A stretch of 63,822 nucleotides of DNA, counting the filler, from Licmophora abbreviata (Eukaryota), in NCBI GenBank assembly GCA_900291995.1. It is 8 parts of 8 records of this genome, joined end to end, with 100 filler letters (N's around TTAATTAATTAA, not from the genome) between each part and the next. Parts side by side here need not be neighbours in the genome. Positions count along the whole stretch, not along the records: positions 34,377 to 39,583 come from OLMU01004358.1; positions 39,684 to 60,598 come from OLMU01004359.1; 6 more parts are not named here. One strand, written 5' to 3'. Shown one piece after another: positions 36,116-47,009 of this stretch; position 1 is the stretch's first letter; each line of letters begins with the position of its first letter. The notes under the pieces are model-generated. The model worked only from the letters and a program-made list of their open reading frames with translations. It was not told the DNA's origin and searched no databases. Both the position numbers and the translations under genes were made by a program.

Positions 36116-37600
36116 CTACGTCATTTCAGAGTAAAACGACTCCTCGGGCGTTCCTCCAGACGGCAACGACATTGGCGAAACCTCGTCCATGGGAGAATCC
36201 TCGTCAAGCGACGGCCGAGGCTTCTTGCTTCGATCTTTCTTGCTCCGATCTTTCTTGCTCTTCCGAGAGCCTCTACTTTTTTCACTCTTGCGGCTTTTTT
36301 CGCCTGGAGAGGATTGTCCCTCCTTTCTCGACCTGCGCCTCTTCTTATCCCTTGAAGGTCGTAGTCTTCTAATACACCCTTTCAATTTTTGGCACCCCGC
36401 CTTGATCATCCTGGGCAACTGTTTTGTAACCAAACCTTTCGTATCTTTCAATAGAATCATCTTGAGTCCACCATGTTGGATAACATCCCTGCGGTAAATA
36501 TAGTACGCCATGGCAAAAAAAGCGAGGCCGCCAAGCAACGCCAGTGTCGAAAAGAATCGAAGAATCCCGCTCATGCGAGCGGAAAAGACAACCAAGCCAA
36601 CCGGGCGACCACTTGAGACGGCAGACAGGACGGCGTCATATTTGCCTTTGAGACCATAGGGGTCAGGGCAGCCGTCGGGATAGAGTGATACGTCGCAAGC
36701 CCAACTGTTGGAGAGTAAGTACTCAGCAGAAAGATCGTAGGTTACCTTTTCACGATTGTAGGAAGAGTCACTTTGGTCCCCGAGCGAGCGCAGACCGCGA
36801 CTGCTGCTCTTGCGCTGCCAGCGGTTCCAAATTTGACGACAGTTGACCCCGTTCATCTTTCTATTGTAAGCATTGAGATTGTCCACAGATTCAAGAAAGT
36901 AGTTTCCGTCGCAATAGGAGCCGTCAAATGTGGCCGCTACAAACTTGCCATCACTTGAGCACCCCATCGTACTAGACATACCCTCGTCTTCGTCTTTGCT
37001 GTCTCCTGACCCGAGGAATCGATTCTGCTCGTCTTCGATCTCATAGCAGACGGCATTCGGATGCGCGGCTGAGCCGTACCCCGTGGCGTCATCATCATCT
37101 TCATCATCATCAGTTTCGTACCCTTCAAAGAGTGTGTCAGCATGCATATTGAGGACTTCCATGATTGTATCCGACCCACCGTAGGTAAAGAAGGAGTTGA
37201 TGTAAGTGCCTCGCGAACAGTGGTTGAATTTGATGCTTCCCTTCAGCACTCCGTAGAGACTGAAGGCAGCATTCGCACAGAAGGGCTGCGTGCGGTACTG
37301 ATACCAGTACTCGGAGCCATCCCGGTTCTCCCCGTCATCATCGAAGCTGTCTACAGAGCACTCACTCCACACGCAGCCATGGTATTGAATGTAAAGCGAC
37401 TTGAATTTGTCGAGGTCCTGAAGGACGTTTCGGGCGTCGTTCCAGTACATCTTAAAGTGATTGTTTGGATTGTCGCCCCATGGATACGGATTACTGTCCT
37501 TCTCCCCGCTTATTAAAGATAGCGCGGAGAAGGATAGCAGTAGCAGAAGGGCTGTGTGCCTCGTGCTGTTGATGGAACGGAGCGCCATCGTCTTGGCCAT
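36116..37600 (-). CDS. Cys/Asp-rich type I membrane protein with RxL motifs (silicanin-like architecture)
   Basis: Signal peptide; acidic Cys/Tyr-rich luminal region (LYIQYHGCVWSEC); NRFLGSGD and RGLRSL; one TM (FFSTLALLGGLAFFAMAYYIY); K/R/S-rich tail. Confidence 0.7.
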   Translation of the reverse strand: MAKTMALRSINSTRHTALLLLLSFSALSLISGEKDSNPYPWGDNPNNHFKMYWNDARNVLQDLDKFKSLYIQYHGCVWSECSVDSFDDDGENRDGSEYWYQYRTQPFCANAAFSLYGVLKGSIKFNHCSRGTYINSFFTYGGSDTIMEVLNMHADTLFEGYETDDDEDDDDATGYGSAAHPNAVCYEIEDEQNRFLGSGDSKDEDEGMSSTMGCSSDGKFVAATFDGSYCDGNYFLESVDNLNAYNRKMNGVNCRQIWNRWQRKSSSRGLRSLGDQSDSSYNREKVTYDLSAEYLLSNSWACDVSLYPDGCPDPYGLKGKYDAVLSAVSSGRPVGLVVFSARMSGILRFFSTLALLGGLAFFAMAYYIYRRDVIQHGGLKMILLKDTKGLVTKQLPRMIKAGCQKLKGCIRRLRPSRDKKRRRSRKEGQSSPGEKSRKSEKSRGSRKSKKDRSKKDRSKKPRPSLDEDSPMDEVSPMSLPSGGTPEESFYSEMT

Positions 37601-37892
37601 GGTGGTTGTTCATGCGATGTGATTTTCCCGCCAAATTTCAGCGCGCGCATCCACAAAATTGGAGCGATCCAAGTTTTATAGCACTAGTCGGTCTGTAATA
37701 CTTGTATGCAGTATTGTCGGGAATACGTGTTCGTAGAGCTCATTACGATACGAGTATTGGGTCATGTAGATAAATTCACACAAGCATTGGCGGGAAAATT
37801 TGGCTAGCTGCTCCGTGTTCACTTTTTCGTGAGTGCGTGAAGTGATTTGATTCATTCTATGAATCATCGTACCACCGCGGTAGCAACGCACC

Positions 37893-39583
37893 ATGAAGAT
37901 GAGAGGGTCCCGCTCCTGCCCGTTCTTGCTACTCGTAGCTGGCCGCGCCTTAGGAGCAGCACCAGATCGCCATGCTTCCTTCATTCGCAAGTCGGAGATG
38001 CCTGTGACAGGAGAAGAATGGATTTCTCTGGAACCCTCTGTGGAATTCTTGCCTGCGAGGCGTCACGCTGGTTCATACACTTCAGAAAGTATCTTTGGCA
38101 CTGGCAAGCTCAACGAAATGGCGCGTCGACGACTACCAGATGAAGAAGACGATAGCGACGAGGATGAAAGCTATTCCTACCCTGACGCCCCACAGTACCG
38201 CGTCCAACCCTTTGTCGAAGGCGTGTCTGACTACGATGAATACCAACAGGCTTGGAGACTGCTGGGATTCATGATTGACTGCGACGACAACCAGAACTCG
38301 AGTAATGAGGAGGATAACCGTAACTTAGGGAGTGGCGACGAGAATGACACCGGCGAAGGGTGTTCGCGCTATGTAGTCTGGGCTGCTGTGAGTATGCCCT
38401 TGAGCGCGGCGAGCTCCGTCACGGGTCTATCGGAACTCTGCGCCTGATCTGATCGCATGGCGTCTCTTTTGCTCCTCGACTCACCTCCCTCTCTTTCGCT
38501 GCGCTCCTTATCCCATGATCAGTACGTTGACCTCGAGTATGAAGGGGGCGGCATTGGCGAATACCAGTACTACGATCGCTTCTCCGACTCGTGGGACACA
38601 TCGACGTGCGACTACTCCGGCACGGACCGATGCGCCAAGATGGATTGTCACTTGGACGACACTCATTTCTCGCTCCTCGGGTTCTTTAAGCACAAGTACT
38701 ATGATGATTGGATGGAGCAGCTATTCAAGCATGAAGGTTACTGTATCTGGACTGACGAGGAGTACGCCTTTATGAGCAATGCCCGCGAAACCTGGCCTGA
38801 GGGATGCATTCTGACGGAAACAACGATGAAGAACGGCAATCCCATTTACTACGACCTCAAACCTGTGAGTGGTGGGGGAATTACCCTTGCGCTCTACACA
38901 GATAGTCGCTGTCTGGTTGAATACGAAACGTCTGGCAGAAACGACCCCATTACAGTCGAAAATGTCATTGGCAACATTTTGGTTGGTGATGGAGAGCAAC
39001 ATGAGAGCCGTGACGACACCAGCTACGACTTTGACAGTATGTACACCACCCTCGACGCCTCGATGCAGGCCTGGGACAGTGCCTTTGACATTTTTAAAAT
39101 CTGTCAACCGTGCGTCGCACACGATATCCTAAACTATGGTTACGACGGTGGGGATACCCAAGGAGAAAACTATGGAAAGTACTCGTACTATGACGATGAC
39201 GGCTCCTATAATGGCGACGCCGACGAAGATTTCGCTTGTTATGATAAAGCCGACTATACCAATGTGAATCAGGTACGTTATCCGGAGCATATGGGCTCGC
39301 CATTTTTTCGTTGCTTGGGGGACACGCGATACTCACTACGGCATTCTCTTTGCAGTGCATGAAATTCATGGCCAAGACGGCAATGAACACAGCTACCTTT
39401 CGCGATATCACATTGGCAACGGCGCAAGGGACACTGGTGGACCAGCCCTTAGCGGGCTACCGAGTATCCAAAAAGCGCAAGACAGGCATCTTTGCAACCT
39501 ACTTATACCTACTCTTTTCAGTGGTCGTTCTCGTTTATGGCATCATCACGTTTCGAAAGATAAGAAAGGAGCAGAACTTTACT
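37893..39583 (+). CDS. Cys/Asp-rich type I membrane protein with RxL motifs; introns 38388-38522 and 39273-39355; 3' truncated
   Basis: Signal peptide, RRRL-PDEEDD, NRNLGSGD, acidic Cys/Tyr-rich domain (RCAKMDCH, WMEQLFKHEGYCIW, FKICQPC), TM YLYLLFSVVVLVYGIITF. Both introns restore the frame. Confidence 0.75.
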
Positions 39584-39683
39584 NNNNNNNNNNNNNNNNN
39601 NNNNNNNNNNNNNNNNNNNNNNNNNNNTTAATTAATTAANNNNNNNNNNNNNNNNNNNNNNNNNNNNNNNNNNNNNNNNNNNN
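39584..39683. other. Artificial assembly spacer
   Basis: N44-TTAATTAATTAA-N44. Confidence 0.98.
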
Positions 39684-39777
39684 TGAGCACACAAAACTGT
39701 CACTTTCAAGTGTATAGGCACCGGCTACGGTCTACAATTATGGTAGCTACAGTAGCCAGTTGGAAGGTCTTGTTAAA

Positions 39778-42700
39778 TTACTTCTCAGATTTGGCCCAGT
39801 ACGGATGGAGGCGGGGTTCATCTGCGTCCCCAAAATCACTCAAGAAGTTTACAACCCGTCCAATTCCTCTTGGCTGTTCGTCCAAAAGTGCAATAGTCAA
39901 GGCATCCGCGGGAAACATGGACCGGAAGTTATCTGAGAAAACCATCGACAGCTCCCACCACTCTTCGTAGGTAAACCAGTTGAGGTCCACGTGACTCCTT
40001 CCATCCCACAAGACAATGCAGCTTCCTCCAGGCCACAGAGCGACTAAAACACTCCCTTCTCCTGTCCCAGTGCTGACGTGCAACTCGACTTTCTCTAAGC
40101 CTTCCAGCTCGTCGATCTCTGACGCTGTTTTCGTGAGGGCCTTTGTAAAAGCATCTTTGATGCTTTCGGTCGAAAGCTCTATCGACGCACCGTCTTCCTT
40201 CTCTAGTTGAAACAAAACTTGATACCCTAAAGGCTTCTGGGAGACCCATTGCTCCAGTGAAGGCCCTTGTTCGAAATCCTCGGGCAAAAAGAAGTTCTCC
40301 CATTCCCAATCGGGGTCCTCGACGTACTGCCCGCCCTTGATCATACGTACGTCTGAGTCTAGACCAGTGCGCTCTTCAACACTCGCTGTCATGTTGACCA
40401 GTCGACGAACAAAATTGTCGTCCACCGAAGTAGTGACGCCAAACTCGACAGTGCTGTAGGTGCCATTGAACAGAATCTCCGCCCTAAAATTCGGGTCCTG
40501 TACAATCACGTCTGCCCTAAAACGTTCCATGAGATTCCGGCGCCATGATTCGTTCGAGTCGAGCATCACCGACATTGCCAGTACCTCAGAGCCTAGTAAT
40601 CTCTCCTTGTTCATTTTGAGGACCTCATACACAACTCGCGCTAGTGGGTAGGTTGCACTCGGGTCGACGACAAAAGCACGAATCATATCACCCATCGACA
40701 CGGACTCGAGTAGCGTTCTTGTCAATTCGGCTTCACAGGCGACCATGCGTTCAACTGCACCTTCCTGGAACTCGCTGGCGTCGCCCAGCCCAGGACAGGA
40801 CCACAGAGGTACGACTTGTGCCATGCCAGAGTCCATTAGCACGTCCGCGCTCTTGCAGCTTTTGTCTTTTTCTCCACAGAGTACCGCCACGACAACATGG
40901 TCACTTGGAACCAATGCTCCAATGGCTTCTTCAATAATAATCTCACCAACAGTCCTTGCCATGGCCTTTTCCTGAGGCGCCAAAGCGTCCTTGATGCATG
41001 GGTCAATGGCGCGCGGTCCTCGTTTTCTCTCTTCGTCCTTCCATGTGCTAACGCCAAACATGCCACCCGCAACGATACGATAGGACGATGTCGACTTCCC
41101 ACCACGACCCTTGAGGGCCTTGACGATAGCCTCTTTGGCTGCTTCCTGTTTGTCGAAAGAGCTCCAAAGGTGAATATCGATAGCAGCATACTTTTCAGCG
41201 GGAAAAGTGCGAACAATCACGTATCCTTCCTCAAGGATCACGGTCAAGACCGCTTTCTCATTGGATGTCGACTGCTGGCGTGCCATCGGGCGAAACCCTT
41301 TCTTTTTCAGTGACTTTTCAACTGCATTCAAAACAGCCTTGTGATCTTTGAGTTTAGCGCCCGCATCCTCGACCTCAACAATCATAAGAATACCTGGGCT
41401 CCTGGTCTGTTTTGTTGGCTCTGGCTCAGGTTTATCGCCTTCCTTGCAGAGAATATCAGCGGTCCTGTTGTGGCTATAGTCATGATAGAACTCATACGGT
41501 TCTGGAATGGAAGACAGGGGTTTGATATAGAGGTTACCTTCGAGATCATGGTCTCTGAGCTCATCATAGAGGAAGTCGATGCGGTTACTACCAAACACCA
41601 TACACTGCGAACAGACGACGGGAACCCAGGGATAGTGCATTTGAAAGCTGTAAGCGATGCAGAGAGAAATCTTGTGTGAGGTGCCGCGATAGCTAAAAAG
41701 GAAAGCTTGACAAGCTCTTCTCGTCGGCGCGATGCGTACCTGTAACGAAACATGGAGCTAAGATGGTCCATATACAGCTCATTCTTGACGAAGATCCCAT
41801 CCGGCTTGAGAAGAAGAGACAGAGCCTGCAGTATGTCCAACTCATCCGTTACACTGAGAGACATTACCGTCTCAGACAAATCGACAAGGATCATATCAAA
41901 CGAGCCGAAATAATCTGCCGGGAGCATAAGTAGACTCTTTGCAGCATCACCGTACCACCATTGAACCTTCTCGTTATCCCAGTGGGGCTGCGCTCCCATG
42001 TGCTTGAATGCGTAACGAGTGATAGTCTGGTCGAGTTCAAGTCCGACTGCAAGCTCAAGAGACGGGTACTTTAACATTTCATGAAGAAGCATGGAGTCTC
42101 CGCCGCCAACCCACAGGATACGTTTGATATCCTTGAGAAATCGGGCAGTGTAGTGAACCATCATTTCATGATACTGAGGGCGGTAGCTGTCGCAAATTTG
42201 GATGATGTTGCCGATGGTAAAGCAGACATTATTATTCTCACGGTGCCTCAAGAACTCGATATCCTGATAATGCGAAGAAAGCCTATCAACAACATCAAAC
42301 CCCTCGAACGACATGGAGACGTCCGTATCACACGTGTAGATGGCATAGTTAATATCATCGGGTTTCTCATCAAGATCGTCGTACTGCTTCAACAAGGGAC
42401 ATGACGCTCCCCTGCCATTGTCCGCTCGGCAACGCATGTACTCGATTGCTTGTACACACGCCTTGGTTTCGCTGTTTTCGTTGTGGCCACACGCAAACGT
42501 GAGTGCATAATCCATCGCCACCATGAGTGCGTCACGGTAGTTGCGAAGTGTCTCCAACTCGTGTTGAGGAATGTTGCTCGAGAATTCCTCAATCCTCTGA
42601 AATTCGTGCAATCGCTTCAGTTGCTCTGTCAAGTACGAAATGGCGTCTTGTGACGGTCCATAGTCCTCGAGCCACGACAACCGGAGCTCTCCGTTCTCGT

Positions 42701-43553
42701 CCTGGTCCAGCTCAAAGGCAACACCATGTTTCAAGAACCACCGTCGAGGATATTGTTCGACGAAACCATAGTCTCGAAGTATCTCTGGAGTGCCGTACCC
42801 AAACTCCCGACGACCGCAATCTTCACAATGGCTGTAGGACGAATACAGCTCTTCTCCAGCTTGAATATCTCGCGACGTGTACACTCGAATCGGTTTGCTC
42901 CAATCATGTACGGAGTCATACATTTCGGTGTTGTACCACTTCCCATTTCGATGATTGATCATGTCATAGAGCGGAATCATGAGATCGTCCCAGCCACGCT
43001 GAATAAGAAAGACGGCAGCACGAACGCCCAAAGGATCACGGCTTTCGTCGCAGTATTCATACCAGCCCGGATCAATCCACGATATGGGATCGTGAGGAGG
43101 AAGAGTTCCCAGCATTTCGAGTAGGATAGTCCTCCCCTCCACAGTCCAGGCACTCGGTAGCTGGCCCGCATTGATGGAACGAAGGTAGTTCGCATAGGGA
43201 GCAAGATCGGACTTGTCGCCGTCCCTCCATGCTTGAGCGAGCGTAAATGCCGTCTCACACCAAATCGCAGGATCGTCGTCTTGATCCGTGTCGGGTCCAG
43301 CGTTAATGATCGTTTCCCGAGGAATCTGGAACAACAAAGTCCCTTGCGGTATATCTTCCTTGGCGAACATGCCATTGTGCGCCCCGTCGGCCCTGCGAAT
43401 TTCCATGCCCTCGTAAAGAGTGCCTCCTTTGGAGATGATCCAGTCAATCAGGGGTTGCACCAGATCTGCATCATTGTTCTTTGCAGCTTTGGCGAAAACA
43501 TTGGTCTTTAGAATCACCAAAATAAGCAACGCCCAGAAGGAGGGGAACCGCAT
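39778..43553 (-). CDS. Secreted multidomain fusion: SET methyltransferase + spermidine/spermine synthase-like aminopropyltransferase + AdoMetDC-like domains; intron 41739-41648
   Basis: Signal peptide MRFPSFWALLILVILKTNVFA; SET GMFAKEDI..PLYDMINH..IQAGEELYSSY; APT YHEMMVH..ILWVGGGDS..E.LKYPS..LELD..FDMILVD..LKPDGIFV; AdoMetDC-like VILEEGYVIVRTFPAEKYAAIDIHLW. Confidence 0.92.
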
Positions 43554-43684
43554 GGTTGCTGAAAGGCTTGGCGAGAGACCGCTAAAGTTGACGATGAAAG
43601 AGGGGGTATAGTCTACGTTGATTGCCACCTTTTTGTTTCATTCGTACACAGTATGATACCGGGTAGTCTACTACGAATGATCTT

Positions 43685-43720
43685 TGTGATGTTGAATGTG
43701 CGTGTGATGTTGAATGTGCG
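43685..43720 (+). repeat. Perfect 18-bp tandem duplication (TGTGATGTTGAATGTGCG x2)
   Basis: Read directly; about 130 bp upstream of the start of the SET-APT fusion gene. Confidence 0.85.
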
Positions 43721-43977
43721 TGTTCGGAATGTTGTGTAGACCGTTGGGAGTCGAAGGCTGAAGCGCGGTGTGCTTTATATTGATGTGTTCAGACATGAAT
43801 AGGTGATAACACGCCCTAACGCCTGCCCCCATATTGAATATGCTTGCAGAAAATCGATCGACGGGCTGACCGAGCGAGACTTTGGTATGCACTTTGTTTC
43901 GCTGTAAAAGTTCATTGTGGCTCATCCACAGCGTCCTCTAGACTACTCGGCGGTAACGACTTGCACGCATTTACATT

Positions 43978-44973
43978 CTATATGGCGGTTGTGTTAGCAG
44001 TCAACAAGACATAGTCCCGCGTGGACGCTCCAAATTTGACGACATCTCCCTTTTTCAGTTCATAATATCTGGCCGCATCAATCCTCACCCCGTTCAGAAA
44101 GGTCCCATTGGTCGATTCGAGATCCATCACGTACGGTCGACACTGCAGCTTGTTAGTACTAGTATTGGTCAATGCCCGATACTGTAAGACTGCATGTTGC
44201 GAGGAGCACGATCCATGTGCGACGTGGACATCGCAAATGTCTGCATTGCGACCAATCAAGTAGGCGCTCTGTTTCGCCACATGTAGCGTTTCGAGGAGAT
44301 CCTCTTGCTTGAAGACGTAGAGTCGCCATTGGGTATTCGGAGCGCGGGCTTCGGGGGGTTCGGAAAACTTCAAGACGACACCCTTGTACACGTTGCCGCC
44401 CACTTCGTCCTTGGCGAGTGCTCCGGACAAGCCGAAATCTGGTTTGTGAGTAGGTTCGACGGATGGGGGAGGATCGTCAGAGGAGGGGTCTGTTGTTGCA
44501 GCTGTTGCTGACTTGAAATCATTCCTTTGATCGTCCGCGCCCTCGTTCTCTACTACTCGCGCACTCGTACTTCTTCGCGCTGCAGCTGGGCCATAGTAGT
44601 CGTTGTTGTTGTTGTTGTTGTTGTTGTTGTCGTCGTCGCGCGGTCGCCTGCTGTTTCGACGGTCCTCCTCCTGATGATTCCGTCGTCGTTGTTGACTGTG
44701 GACATGGGAACGAGACTTCGTTCGAGCATCCTCCTTTTCATGTTGACGACTTTGAGCGGATGAGAGGAGAGCCTGCAAGGCTTCTTGGTCCGAGACTGCT
44801 GCTGCTGCTGCGGAGCTGGTCTTAGGCGGCGGCCCGACGTGTGGTTGTCCCCTACTCGTACTTGCATCCGTGCTTTCGCTTTCCCATCGACTTCTCTTTC
44901 GGGAGGACGAAGTAGTATGCGCGTCAGCAGCAGCATTGGCGCTGCGATCACGATTCCCGCTGCTGCTGCTCAT
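43978..44973 (-). CDS. SNIP1: FHA-domain splicing factor SNIP1/Pml1/DAWDLE
   Basis: KPDFGLSGALAKD..GVVLKFSEPPEARAP..WRLYVFK..QSAYLIGR..HGSCSSQHAVLQYR..PYVMDLESTNGTFLN..RYYEL..GDVVKFGASTRDYVLL. Confidence 0.93.
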   Translation of the reverse strand: MSSSSGNRDRSANAAADAHTTSSSRKRSRWESESTDASTSRGQPHVGPPPKTSSAAAAAVSDQEALQALLSSAQSRQHEKEDARTKSRSHVHSQQRRRNHQEEDRRNSRRPRDDDNNNNNNNNNDYYGPAAARRSTSARVVENEGADDQRNDFKSATAATTDPSSDDPPPSVEPTHKPDFGLSGALAKDEVGGNVYKGVVLKFSEPPEARAPNTQWRLYVFKQEDLLETLHVAKQSAYLIGRNADICDVHVAHGSCSSQHAVLQYRALTNTSTNKLQCRPYVMDLESTNGTFLNGVRIDAARYYELKKGDVVKFGASTRDYVLLTANTTAI

Positions 44974-44998
44974 GGTCGACGGCGTGTTTTGATTTTTC

Positions 44999-45022
44999 TG
45001 TGTGTGTGTGTGTGTGTGTGTG
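44999..45022 (+). repeat. (TG)n microsatellite
   Basis: About 12 TG units immediately upstream of the SNIP1 ATG. Confidence 0.9.
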
Positions 45023-45348
45023 TATGTTTCCGCACTGAGTGCGATGCCAATAATGAGTGGCTGTGAGCACTCAAAGACAAACGCGGATGAAGGCCGGACG
45101 TTGTCATTTGTTAAGCGCCGTAAAAAGTCACAGCACACACAGAACACACACGACGTTTGGCGAACACGCTGCACAAAAAGACACACACACACGCACATCA
45201 ACAGAAACAGAATAGCACTCGTTCGTCGTGGAGTGTCTCCTTTCATCGATCACAACACGTCCTTTGGCAGACGGCAACGGACGAGAGCCACTCGTCTTTA
45301 TCCCCTACCGTGTTGGACTGAAACTTGGAGCATTCAATAAAAGGAACG

Positions 45349-46667
45349 ATGGCAACGATGATTCGCAGCAGCTTGACGAAAGATCCGGGACCAAAGACAT
45401 CAGCCGTGGACCGCAGTACACCGCAACGAAGAGCGACGGAACAAGAAGCGCCAAAGCATGGGCCGTCGCAACCAAAGATCCACACTGCCCCTGTCACGGA
45501 AAAGCTCCTCACGCTCTTTGGGGAGACGCCCGATGCTCTGTATCCGACAAAACCGGCTCGTAATGGCAGTACCGCTTCCACTTCTTCTTCTTCTACCACT
45601 ACTACTACCACGAGTACTACTACTCCTTTTACCACCGGACAAGAGTACGGTTCACCACAGGGGTACAGTAGAACGGCTGATGGTCGACGTGCCACATGGG
45701 AAGTCGGTACGCCTGTAGGGGATCCTGTCAAGGTGATGGTTTCCGCCTCTCGATGTCGTCGTCCTCCTCGTCCCAAGCGATTTCAGGTCGAACGACGGTG
45801 CCTCCAAACTACCAACAGCACCAACACTACTCCTACTACATCAAGCGCTCCTCATCATCGATCGCCAAGCCAACAACTGCGCCAGACCGTCTCTCGTTGG
45901 GTGCAATCGACGAACGTTATGATGAGCATCGTCTTGCCGCAGGCCGAGTTTGAAGAAGAAACGGAAGATGCAAGAATCTATCACATTCAAATTCCAGCAA
46001 CCGCGCGGATTGGAAAGGTGCGTGCTGTCTTCCTTTCATGTGTGTGCTGTCGTGGGAGCATGAAACGGTTCCATCCGTCTCACCTTTCTCACTTCTTTGT
46101 TCGCTACTATAGCCCTTCATGTTTGCCCTTCCCGAGGGCCTCGAGGCGATTGTGGCATGTCCAAGCACCAATCCAGGGGAGCAATTGCGCTTTCAAGTAT
46201 CCAAGGCACACATTGCCAAGGAGCAGGACAATCGAAAACGCAACGCGAAACTACGGCAAGAAGCCATCAACGCCTCCAAGAATCGACGCAACAAGAAGAA
46301 CAAGGCGACAACGAGTAAGAAAGAGCAACAACAAACTAAAAAGGAACCTGGACGTTCCTTATCGTTTGGCAGGAAAAAGAATACCAAAAAGAATCGGTTG
46401 TCCTCGGGCACGACGAATCCTCTGGGTCGGCAGCTCAAGAAGTTTCGGAGTCGGGCGGTTGCCTGTTTTCATCATAGTCATGGTAGACGCAACAATGGAC
46501 AAGACGAGGAAATTGTATTTTCCGAGGTAGTTAGTGGAGACGATGGTGCCACGTTTGCGATTCTCGGTAAGCGCTTGTTGGACGGCAATGAGGGACCACA
46601 CCATCACGCAGATGGCCAAGAGAACGAGGATCCTTCGGAAGCCAACGAGACGTTTGCTATTGTGTAA
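45349..46667 (+). CDS. Uncharacterised low-complexity protein; intron 46018-46112
   Basis: ORFs 45325..46530 and 46119..46667 join in frame via AAG|GTGCGT..CTATAG|CCC, giving IQIPATARIGK|PFMFALPEG..VACP..PGEQLRFQV. Confidence 0.6.
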
Positions 46668-47009
46668 TCATTCTTATGATCAGTAGAAGTGGTTCATGTA
46701 GCGATGGACTGTCTAATTCCGAGTTGTACATTTGACCTTTCTAGTTTACTCGTATGATACTTCATGCTTTGCATCTGCTATCTTGCCTCTATGATAGAAA
46801 CAGGCGCGCCTTGAGTGATGCCCTCTCGGAATATAGTCGAATGAATCATCAATCGAGGGCAGTGTCAATGTACGAGCTCTATTCTGAGGATAAATGCGAT
46901 ACCTCGCATCATTCGTGACCCACGCGCGATATTGCGCAACGAAAACGCAACGCCAGCGACGAACCCAACAAAAAAGACATACGAAGTACATAAATTGAGT
47001 GCAGTCACC

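Noticed and set aside
44974..45246. N-terminal extension of SNIP1 (MKGDTPRR..CVCVC..THTHT)
   Set aside because: Translation of microsatellite-rich promoter DNA; the downstream ATG at 44973 is the likely start.
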